A stretch of DNA of 64,000 nucleotides from Eledone cirrhosa (lineage: Eukaryota), in NCBI GenBank assembly GCA_964016885.1, contig OZ024742.1, forward strand, positions 20,522,001-20,586,000. The letters are read 5' to 3'. How positions within the stretch are numbered: position 1 is the stretch's first letter; every line of letters starts with the position of its first letter. The notes beneath the pieces were generated by a model. That model worked only from the letters and a program-made list of their open reading frames with translations. It was not told the DNA's origin and made no database searches. Positions 24,595-39,170 of this stretch are shown piece by piece. The position numbers and the translations under genes were made by a program.

Positions 24595-27500
24595 TTCTGT
24601 ATGTTTATAATAAACATTTTGAAGACCTAATCGCTATAGAATAGAATACGTCACGTATTACAATTAGATTCTCGATAAAAGCAAGGGAAGTAAGTCTACG
24701 CGTTTCATTCTCGTTAGAAATCGTCAGGGACTACATATCCAGTGCTTTTATCGAGAATGACACAGCTAGAGGACTTAAAGGAATACTTAGCTGTGTACAG
24801 GAACTGGTTTGAAAGAGCGGTTGGCCGGTCCGGCAGAAATTAGAAATTGGAATAAATGCTCTGAAATAGCGATATATATGTGAATATAGACATAGAATAT
24901 TCGAAAATATTCTGTATGTTTATAATAAACATTTTGAAGACCTAATCGCTATAGAATAGAATACGTCACGTATTACAATTAGATTCTCGATAAAAGCAAG
25001 GGAAGTAAGTCTACGCGTTTCATTCTCGTTAGAAAATCGTCAGGACTACATATCCAGTGCCTTTTATCGAGAATGACACAGCTAGAGACTTAAAGAATAC
25101 TTAGCTGTGTACAGGAAACTGGTTTGAAAGAGCGGTTGCCGGTCCGGCAGAAATTAGAAATTGGAATAAATGCTCTGAAATAGCGATATATATGTGAATA
25201 TAGACATAGAATATTCGAAAATATTCTGTATGTTTATAATAAACATTTTTGAAGACCCTAATCGCTATAGAATAGAAATACGTCACGTATTACAATTAGA
25301 TTCTCGATAAAAGCAAGGGAAGTAAGTCTACGCGTTTCATTCTCGTTAGAAATCGTCAGGACTACATATCCAGTGCTTTTATCGAGAATGACACAGCTAG
25401 AGACTTAAAGAATACTTAGCTGTGTACAGGAAACTGGTTTGAAAGAGCGGTTGCCGGTCCGGCAAGAAAATTAGAAATTTGGAATAAATGCTCTGAAATA
25501 GCGATATATATGTGAATATAGACATAGAAATATTCGAAAATATTCTGTATGTTTATAATAAACATTTTGAAGACCTAATCGCTATAGAATAGAATACGTC
25601 ACGTATTACAAATTAGATTCTCGATAAAAGCAAGGGAAGTAAGTCTACGCGTTTCATTCTCGTTAGAAATCGTCAGGACTACATATCCAGTGCTTTTATC
25701 GAGAATGACACAGCTAGAGACTTAAAGAATACTTAGCTGTGTTACAGGAACTGGTTTGAAAGAGCGGTTGCCGGTCCGGCAGAAATTAGAAATTGGAATA
25801 AATGCTCTGAAATAGCGATATATATGTGAATATAGACATAGAATATTCGAAAATATTCTGTATGTTTATAATAAACATTTTGAAGACCTAATCGCTATAG
25901 AATAGAATACGTCCACGTATTACAATTAGATTCTCTAACGAGAATGAAACGCGTAGACTTACTTCCCTTGCTTTTATCGAGAATCTAATTGTAATACGTG
26001 ACGTATTCTATTCTATAGCGATTAGGTCTTCAAAATGTTTATTATAAACATACAGAATATTTTCGAATATTCTATGTCTATATTCACATATATATCGCTA
26101 TTTCAGAGCATTTATTCCAATTTCTAATTTCTGCCGGACCGGCAAACCGCTCTTTCAAACCAGTTCCTGTACACAGCTAAGTATTCTTTAAGTCTCTAGC
26201 TGTGTCATTCTCGATAAAAGCACTGGATATGTTAGTCCTGACGATTTCTAACGAGAATGAAACGCGTAGACTTACTTCCCTTGCTTTTATCGAGAATCTA
26301 ATTGTAATACGTGACGTATTCTATTCTATAGCGATTAGGTCTTCAAAATGTTTATTATAAACATACAGAATATTTTCGAATATTCTATGTCTATATTCAC
26401 ATATATATCGCTATTTCAGAGCATTTATTCCAATTTCTAATTTCTGCCGGACCGGCAACCGCTCTTTCAAACCAGTTCCTGTACACAGCTAAGTATTCTT
26501 TAAGTCTCTAGCTGTGTCATTCTCGATAAAAGCACTGGATATGTAGTCCTGACGATTTCTAACGAGAATGAAACGCGTAGACTTACTTCCCTTGCTTTTA
26601 TCGAGAATCTAATTGTAATACGTGACGTATTCTATTCTATAGCGATTAGGTCTTCAAAATGTTTATTATAAACATACAGAATATTTTCGAATTATTCTAT
26701 GTCTATATTCACATATATATCGCTATTTCAGAGCATTTATTCCAATTTCTAATTTCTGCCGGACCGGCAACCGCTCTTTCAAACCAGTTTCCTGTACACA
26801 GCTAAGTATTCTTTAAGTCTCTAGCTGTGTCATTCTCGATAAAAGCACTGGATATGTAGTCCCTGACGATTTCTAACGAGAATGAAACGCGTAGACTTAC
26901 TTCCCTTGCTTTTATCGAGAATCTAATTGTAATACGTGGACGTATTCTATTCTATAGCGATTAGGTCTTCAAAATGTTTATTATAAACATACAGAATATT
27001 TTCGAATATTCTATGTCTATATTCACATATATATCGCTATTTCAGAGCATTTATTCCAATTTCTAATTTCTGCCGGACCGGCAACCGCTCTTTCAAACCA
27101 GTTTCCTGTACACAGCTAAGTATTCTTTAAGTCTCTAGCTGTGTCATTCTCGATAAAAGCACTGGATATGTAGTCCTGACGATTTCTAACGAGAATGAAA
27201 CGCGTAGACTTACTTCCCTTGCTTTTTATCGAGAATCTAATTGTAATACGTGACCCGTATTCTATTCTATAGCGATTAGGTCTTCAAAATGTTTATTATA
27301 AACATACAGAATATTTTCGAATATTCTATGTCTATATTCACATATATATCGCTATTTCAGAGCATTTATTCCAATTTCTAATTTCTGCCGGACCGGCAAC
27401 CGCTCTTTCAAACCAGTTCCTGTACACAGCTAAGTATTCTTTAAGTCTCTAGCTGTGTCATTCTCGATAAAAGCACTGGATATGTAGTCCTGACGATTTC

Positions 27501-28306
27501 TAACGAGAATGAAACGCGTAGACTTACTTCCCTTGCTTTTATCGAGAATCTAATTGTAATACGTGACGTATTCTATTCTATAGCGATTAGGTCTTCAAAA
27601 TGTTTATTATAAACATACAGAATATTTTCGAATATTCTATGTCTATATTCACATATATATCGCTATTTCAGAGCATTTATTCCAATTTCTAATTTCTGCC
27701 GGACCGGCAACCGCTCTTTCAAACCAGTTCCTGTACACAGCTAAGTATTCTTTAAGTCTCTAGCTGTGTCATTCTCGATAAAAGCACTGGATATGTAGTC
27801 CTGACGATTTCTAACGAGAATGAAACGCGTAGACTTACTTCCCTTGCTTTTATCGAGAATCTAATTGTAATACGTGACGTATTCTATTCTATAGCGATTA
27901 GGTCTTCAAAATGTTTATTATAAACATACAGAATATTTTCGAATATTCTATGTCTATATTCACATATATATCGCTATTTCAGAGCATTTATTCCAATTTC
28001 TAATTTCTGCCGGACCGGCAACCGCTCTTTCAAACCAGTTCCTGTACACAGCTAAGTATTCTTTAAGTCTCTAGCTGTGTCATTCTCGATAAAAGCACTG
28101 GATATGTAGTCCTGACGATTTCTAACGAGAATGAAACGCGTAGACTTACTTCCCTTGCTTTTATCGAGAATCTAATTGTAATACGTGACGTATTCTATTC
28201 TATAGCGATTAGGTCTTCAAAATGTTTATTATAAACATACAGAATATTTTCGAATATTCTATGTCTATATTCACATATATATCGCTATTTCAGAGCATTT
28301 ATTCCA

Positions 28307-28308
<2 letters not shown>
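24595..28308. mobile_element. Tandem array of 311-bp hammerhead-containing units (non-LTR retrozyme-like): ~4 minus-strand units then ~7.5 plus-strand units
   Basis: HHR core CTGACGA at 26238, 26549, 26863, 27176, 27490, 27801 and 28112 (+), with four reverse-complement copies in 24686-25690. Orientation switches at ~25935. No ORF; ends in (TA)n. Confidence 0.9.
27771..27860 (+). ncRNA. Minimal type I hammerhead ribozyme (representative unit)
   Basis: GTAGTC-CTGACGA-T(TTCT-AACG-AGAA)T-GAAA-CGCG-TA^GACTTAC. Palindromic stem III ACGCGT; predicted cleavage after 27831. Enclosed by a 16-bp helix ATTCTCGATAAAAGCA/TGCTTTTATCGAGAAT. Confidence 0.85.
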
Positions 28309-28365
<57 letters not shown>

Positions 28366-28412
28366 TACATATATATACATATATAAATATATATATATAT
28401 ATACATATATAC

Positions 28413-28473
<61 letters not shown>

Positions 28474-28475
<2 letters not shown>

Positions 28476-29334
28476 TATTAATAAGAGGAATTCCAACTTT
28501 GTCTGATTTACTCGTTTTATTTACAATCCTTTAAAATATATATAATGGTATTATAATGAAATAGTATGATAGAATATTAAATTCTAAGTGTTAATTGAAC
28601 AAGTACTTTCATGCTTTCGCAATCTTCAGGTTCATGATATGTGGTGACAGTTGAGTTTGCAATTTTCAACTGTAATGAGATGGGTAAATTTCCTACCTTT
28701 TATACATTTTATACAGAGAAAATTGGCTCCAGAATGCAAAGCCCTGTAAACTGTATTTCGACATATCAGTGTGTAGTTTCACTGAATTACTACAGCTGAT
28801 TGGTTTAAGCGTCACGGCTGGTTGAGCATGCTAACGACCAATAGTTATATCCAACGTATCAATTGTTTTGCTTTTTGAAATGATGAAAATAGCATTTTCT
28901 ATTAATTTTCATCATTTGCTATTTTCCTCATTTCAAAAAGCAAAACAATTGATACGTTGGATATGACTATTGGTGGTTAGCATGCTCAACCAGCCGTGAC
29001 ACTTAAACCAAGCTGTAGTAATTCAGTGAAACTACACACTGATTGGTCGAAATACAGTTTACAGGGCTTTGCATTCTGGAGCCACTTTTCTATGTATAAA
29101 ATGTATAAAAGGTAAGAAATTTACCCATCTCATTACAGTTGAAAATTGCAAACTCGACTGTCACCACATATCATGAACCTGAAGATTGCGAAAGCATGAA
29201 AGTACTTGTTCAATTAACACTTAGAATTTAATATTCTATCATACTATTTCATTATAATACCATTATATATATTTTAAAGGATTGTAAATAAAACGAGTAA
29301 ATCAGACAAAGTTGGAATTCCTCTTATTAATATA
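28474..29334. mobile_element. Fold-back (inverted pLTR-like) element with one HHR per arm
   Basis: ~420-bp near-identical inverted arms around a ~22-bp spacer (28894-28915); (TA)n on the left side. Confidence 0.85.
29174..29212 (+). ncRNA. Minimal type I hammerhead ribozyme (mirror copy at 28596-28634, minus)
   Basis: TGAAC-CTGAAGA-T(TGC-GAAA-GCA)T-GAAA-GTAC-TT^GTTCA, with palindromic stem III AGTACT. Confidence 0.8.
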
Positions 29335-29373
29335 ATCTTCTATACACAATCATACACACCCGTGTATATTTAC

Positions 29374-29506
<133 letters not shown>

Positions 29507-29594
29507 CATATATATATATACATATATATATATACATATACATATATATATACATATATATACATATATATATATACATATATATATATACATA

Positions 29595-29643
<49 letters not shown>

Positions 29644-29659
29644 GTATATATATATATAC

Positions 29660-29746
<87 letters not shown>

Positions 29747-29750
29747 TATA

Positions 29751-30164
29751 TCTGTGCTGCTGTGTGGGTCTGAGACTTGGACACTGACCAAGAGACTCAC
29801 TCAGATGGTGGATGGGTGCTACACGAGAATGCTGAGGATGGCTCTGAACATTAATCAGTATACACTGAGGATGAAAAACTCAGAGCTGTATGGGAGCATC
29901 CCAAAAGTCAGCTCAAAAGTGACACAGAGGAGACTGAGGTTGGCTGGACATGCTCACCGACATCCAGAGTTGACATTGCACTCAGTGCTCCTTTGGGAGC
30001 CCCTACATGGACACACTAGAAGAGGAAGACCAAGATTAACATATGTTGATGCCCTAAGGACAGACACTGGTCTGTTGGAGATGCAGGATATGGCAGCGAT
30101 AATGAGGGACAGAGACCGCTGGAGAGAACTCGTCCATGGATCTCGGGAATGTTACCCGCCTTAG
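29751..30164 (+). mobile_element. RTE-clade LINE 3' fragment inserted in (TA)n
   Basis: [14 protein letters not shown]...[12 protein letters not shown]...[14 protein letters not shown]...GRPRLTYVD. Confidence 0.88.
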
Positions 30165-30202
30165 ATATATATATATATATATATATATAATTATATACAT
30201 AT

Positions 30203-30257
<55 letters not shown>

Positions 30258-30330
30258 TATACATATATATATATACATATATATATATATACATATATAT
30301 ATATACATATATATACATATATATATATAC

Positions 30331-30381
<51 letters not shown>

Positions 30382-30394
30382 CATATATATATAC

Positions 30395-30427
<33 letters not shown>

Positions 30428-30430
30428 CAA

Positions 30431-30477
<47 letters not shown>

Positions 30478-30508
30478 CATATATATATATACATATATAT
30501 ATATATAC

Positions 30509-30573
<65 letters not shown>

Positions 30574-30690
30574 TATATACATATATATATATATATACAC
30601 ATATATATATATACACATATATATATATACACATATATATATACATATATATATATATACACATATATATATACACATATATATATACAC

Positions 30691-30787
<97 letters not shown>

Positions 30788-30793
30788 TATATA

Positions 30794-30835
<42 letters not shown>

Positions 30836-30836
30836 C

Positions 30837-30881
<45 letters not shown>

Positions 30882-30882
30882 C

Positions 30883-31135
<253 letters not shown>

Positions 31136-31136
31136 C

Positions 31137-31285
<149 letters not shown>

Positions 31286-31286
31286 G

Positions 31287-31319
<33 letters not shown>

Positions 31320-31330
31320 CATATATATAA

Positions 31331-31361
<31 letters not shown>

Positions 31362-31370
31362 AATATTTAC

Positions 31371-31428
<58 letters not shown>

Positions 31429-31477
31429 TTACATATATATATATATATATATATTTACATATATATAAATACACATA

Positions 31478-31516
<39 letters not shown>

Positions 31517-31562
31517 TTACATATATATATATATATATATATTTACATATATATAAATACAC

Positions 31563-31595
<33 letters not shown>

Positions 31596-31596
31596 C

Positions 31597-31679
<83 letters not shown>

Positions 31680-31680
31680 C

Positions 31681-31773
<93 letters not shown>

Positions 31774-31776
31774 CAT

Positions 31777-31886
<110 letters not shown>

Positions 31887-31895
31887 AAATATATA

Positions 31896-32000
<105 letters not shown>

Positions 32001-32210
32001 ATATACATATATATATATACATATATATATATACATATATATATATACATATATACATATATATATATACATATATATATATACATATATATATATACAT
32101 ATATATATATACATATATATATATACATATATATATATACATATATATATATACATATATATATATACATATATATATATACATATATATATATACATAT
32201 ATATATATAC

Positions 32211-32311
<101 letters not shown>

Positions 32312-32342
32312 CATATATATATATACATATATATATATATAA

Positions 32343-32479
<137 letters not shown>

Positions 32480-32601
32480 AATATACATATATATATACAT
32501 ATATATATATACATATATATATATACATATATATATATACATATACATATATATAATATATATATATATATACACATATACATATATATATACACATATA
32601 C

Positions 32602-32632
<31 letters not shown>

Positions 32633-32645
32633 TATATATATACAC

Positions 32646-32718
<73 letters not shown>

Positions 32719-32827
32719 TATATATATATATATATGTACATATATATATAAATATATATATATACATATATATATATACATACATACATATATATATACA
32801 TATATATATATAAACATATATATATAC

Positions 32828-32964
<137 letters not shown>

Positions 32965-33099
32965 CATATATATATATACATACATATATATATATATACA
33001 TACATATATATATACATACATATATATATACATACATATATATATGCATACATATATATATACATACATATATATATATATACATACATATATATATAT

Positions 33100-33679
<580 letters not shown>

Positions 33680-33705
33680 TTACATATATATATATATATA
33701 TATAG

Positions 33706-33738
<33 letters not shown>

Positions 33739-33739
33739 C

Positions 33740-33777
<38 letters not shown>

Positions 33778-33788
33778 ATATATATATG

Positions 33789-33826
<38 letters not shown>

Positions 33827-33830
33827 TATG

Positions 33831-34043
<213 letters not shown>

Positions 34044-34080
34044 ATCTAAGGATATATATCTATATATCTATCTATCTAGT

Positions 34081-34220
34081 GAAGGAGTGTGGCTGAGTGG
34101 TTAGAGAATTGTATTCGCAATTGTAAGGTTGTGAGTTCGTTTCCTGGACCAGGCGATGCGTTATGTCCTTGCTCAAGACACTTTATTTCACGTTGCTCCT
34201 TCTACCTGGAGTTGTGACAG
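34081..34220 (+). mobile_element. SINE family B 5' part
   Basis: GAAGGAGTGTGGCTGAGTGGTTAG...GAGTTCGTTTCC...CAAGACACTTTATTTCACGTTGCTCC. Confidence 0.75.
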
Positions 34221-34354
34221 ATAGATAGTATTAGCAATTGGAAAGACCAACGGAAACATTGTTCCCTCGGTTCGATTTGACAACAAAGTCGATCGTTCCT
34301 TTATATATATGTATATATATACATATATATATGTATATATATACATATATATAC

Positions 34355-34385
<31 letters not shown>

Positions 34386-34542
34386 CATATATATATATGT
34401 ATATATATACATATATATATATGTATATATATACATATATATGTATATATATATACATATATATATATACATATATATATATATACATATATATATACAT
34501 ATATACATATATATATACATATACATATATATATACATATAC

Positions 34543-34607
<65 letters not shown>

Positions 34608-34867
34608 TGTATATACATATATATATATACATATATATACATATATATATATACATATACATATATATATATATATATATATACATATATATATACATAT
34701 ATGTGTATACATATATATATATACATATATATATATACATATATACATATATATATATACATATATACATATATATATATCTATATACATATATGTATCT
34801 ATATATATATATATGTACATATATATATATATATATATGTACATATATATATATATGTATGTAGATA

Positions 34868-34923
<56 letters not shown>

Positions 34924-34944
34924 CATACATATATAAATATATAC

Positions 34945-35015
<71 letters not shown>

Positions 35016-35016
35016 C

Positions 35017-35067
<51 letters not shown>

Positions 35068-35082
35068 CATATATATATATAC

Positions 35083-35170
<88 letters not shown>

Positions 35171-35175
35171 GTACA

Positions 35176-35253
<78 letters not shown>

Positions 35254-35352
35254 TATATATATATAGACATATATATATATATGTACATATATATATATAG
35301 ACATATATATATATATACATACATATATATATATATACATATATATATATAC

Positions 35353-35431
<79 letters not shown>

Positions 35432-35457
35432 CATATATAAATATATATTTACATATA

Positions 35458-35573
<116 letters not shown>

Positions 35574-35600
35574 TATATATATATATATATATATATGTAC

Positions 35601-35629
<29 letters not shown>

Positions 35630-35631
<2 letters not shown>

Positions 35632-36096
35632 CAATATTAAATAAATGGAAACTATATTTATAAAACCATATTTATTTCATTATATATATTTCAGGGATAT
35701 CATATTAACAATATGCTATGCCTTCTCAGACAAAATACAATATAAACAGTTTTATAGATAAATAGATTCGACATACCGTAACAACATCGACTTGCATTTG
35801 AAGAGGTTGATTTGGCAGACTGCCAAATCAACCTCTTCAAATGCAAGTCGATGTTGTTACGGTATGTCGAATCTATTTATCTATAAAACTGTTTATATTG
35901 TATTTTGTCTGAGGAAGGCATAGCATATTGTTAATATGATATCCCTGAAATATATATAATGAAATAAATATGGTTTTATAAATATAGTTTCCATTTATTT
36001 AATATTGTAAATATACTCCAAATATTTGTCGAGTGCTTTTATATCAGTTATAAATATTTACTAGTTGTAACCCAACAATTTTAAATATAACTTTCC

Positions 36097-36097
<1 letters not shown>
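35630..36097. mobile_element. Fold-back element (arms ~189 bp, 1-nt spacer) with an HHR, in (TA)n
   Basis: Palindrome centred at 35819 (TTGGCAG-A-CTGCCAA), spanning 35630-36009, plus a unique 3' tail. Confidence 0.82.
35901..35966 (+). ncRNA. Type I hammerhead ribozyme
   Basis: TATTTTGT-CTGAGGA-AGG..(CATATT/AATATG)..CCT-GAAA-TATATA-TA^ATGAAATA. The left-arm copy lacks one core G. Confidence 0.65.
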
Positions 36098-36151
<54 letters not shown>

Positions 36152-36188
36152 CACATATACATACATACACATATATATATATATATAT

Positions 36189-36220
<32 letters not shown>

Positions 36221-36221
36221 T

Positions 36222-36265
<44 letters not shown>

Positions 36266-36345
36266 TATATATATATATATACACATATATATATATACAT
36301 ATATATACATATATATATATACACACATATATATATACACATATA

Positions 36346-36422
<77 letters not shown>

Positions 36423-36578
36423 ATGTATATATATACATCTATCTATATATATATATATATAGACATATATATATGTATATATATATATACATATATATAT
36501 GTATGTATATATATACATATATATATATATACACATATATATATATATACACATATATATATATATACATATATATAC

Positions 36579-36731
<153 letters not shown>

Positions 36732-36892
36732 CATATATATATATCTATATATATATATATACATATATATACATATATATATACATATATATATACATAT
36801 ATATACATATATATATATACATATATATATACATATATATATACATATATATATACATACATATATATATATATATACATACATATATATAC

Positions 36893-36939
<47 letters not shown>

Positions 36940-36940
36940 C

Positions 36941-36977
<37 letters not shown>

Positions 36978-36982
36978 CATAC

Positions 36983-37013
<31 letters not shown>

Positions 37014-37124
37014 CATATATATATACATATATATATATACACATATACATATATATATACATATACATATATATATATACATATATATATATACGTATAT
37101 ATATATATATATACACATCATATT

Positions 37125-37224
<100 letters not shown>

Positions 37225-37468
37225 CACATCATATATATATATATATATATGCTACTGCAGAGTTTATGTACTAGAAATCTGCAACACTCAGTGGAACTTT
37301 CTGTGAATTCGTGCACTTACGTATCCACAAGCATTTATCGATTGTATTGAATTCATCGAACTACAAAGCTGACTCACGTAAAATGTATGCCTCGTCTCAT
37401 GTACATTTCTTTAGCTATTATTATTGTTAATACACACATACACTCATACACTCACATATACATTTTCG

Positions 37469-37549
<81 letters not shown>

Positions 37550-37950
37550 CACAAACTCTCAGAAAGCACATATAGTCACCCCCCTATCTCTCTTTATATA
37601 TATAGATATATATATATATATAACACAAACTCTCAGGAAGCACATATAGTCACCCCCTTATCTCACTTTATATATATACAATATATATATAGTAATAATA
37701 ATAAATGTGAAGACTAAAATCCAAAGTGGGCTCGATTACTTCTGCCTTCACAGATTGAATTTTTTTAGTTTCAGAAGATCCCGTTAAGGGTGAAAGCAGG
37801 GATTCTTTGCTTTTATCTGTTATTTGCGAACGATAGATAGTAGTTGCAATTGGAAAGACCGACGGAAACATTGTTTCCCTGGTCCGATTTGACGAAAGTC
37901 GATCGATATATATATATATATATATAAAGGAAATCATCAAGGAGCTCTGA

Positions 37951-38001
37951 TGCTTTCTGATGAATTCTCCCGAATGAAACAGTTCTAATCCTGTAGAAGC
38001 G
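37951..38001 (+). ncRNA. Canonical type I hammerhead ribozyme in a short PLE-tail-like insert between (TA)n runs
   Basis: TGCTTT-CTGATGA-ATTC(TCCC)GAAT-GAAA-CAG(TTCTAATC)CTG-TA^GAAGCG; all three helices pair. Confidence 0.85.
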
Positions 38002-38839
38002 ATTTCTATGTTAGATATTTATACTCTACTATGTATTGAGTACCTTACTTACTGTGGTTACCCCGATTGAACCAGGGATAAACATATATATATATATATA
38101 TAAACCACAAACTCAGAAAACACATATCCCCCCCCATATATATATATATTTTTATATATATATATATTTATATGGGTGGGGTTGTACTTACACTACATAT
38201 AGAAAAAGAGAGAAAAAAAGAAAGAGATTGTGACGTTATAAAGAAAGATATAGATATAATGATACAATAATACCAAATAGATATAAGGATAGCAAGAATG
38301 GAAAGAGAAATTGAATTAATATTTACTAACCTATAGTTTATATATTCTCCATTCCGGATAAACAACCATAAAACGTCACCATAATATTTTCATAGAGCGC
38401 TTTTATTGAAGCAGTTAAATTTATTATGTATTTAGTGAAGTGCCTTCTGAACGTAAATTTTGATTTCATATTGGCATTTCTCATTTTGAATACAGTAAAA
38501 ATTCTATAGACATAATCATTATTTACAACCATATATAGCCAGATATTATTGGAAACTATTTAGAATTTTATTTGATTTGCATTCGTTGTTAATTTAATAT
38601 AGTTGAATCAGTGAATTTGGAAATAAATAGACGGTAAATATATTCTAAATATTCCACTTCATCAATTACTGGGCATTTCCCTTCAAATACGTTCAGCTCC
38701 ATGTTTATCTTGATAGAATCATTGAAAAGCTCATTTATGTACCTCTTGTAGCTCCCAAATAATATGTAATGTTCGTCGATGTTTTCACATAAGTAGTGAA
38801 ATATTTCACATCAATGCTGTTCGGTATAATTTATTTCAC

Positions 38840-39170
38840 TCCAGGTAGAGCTGCTACTTCAGCGAATTGAGAGATCACGGCTCCGATACTATAGGCATGT
38901 GGTTAGAATGTCTCAGGAAAGTATTGCTCGACAGGATTCACGTGCAGAACCAACCGGCAGGAGACTCAGGGACAGATCCCGAGCAAGATAGTTGGATAAC
39001 ATCCCATGAGCTTTGACGGCCTCGCTTAGGGATCCAGCCGAATCTGTTAGAAACGGTTGATTGAGACAGGACCCATTAGAAGGAGTGTTTGAAGACTCCC
39101 CACGACCATCTCGGGAATAAGTGAGCGAAGAAGAAGAAGAAGAAGAAGAAGAAGAAGAAGAAGAAGGGAT
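38840..39170 (+). mobile_element. RTE-clade LINE 3' fragment with (GAA)n tail
   Basis: SLQVELLLQRIERSRLRYYRHVVRM-like frame followed by (GAA)n. Confidence 0.78.
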
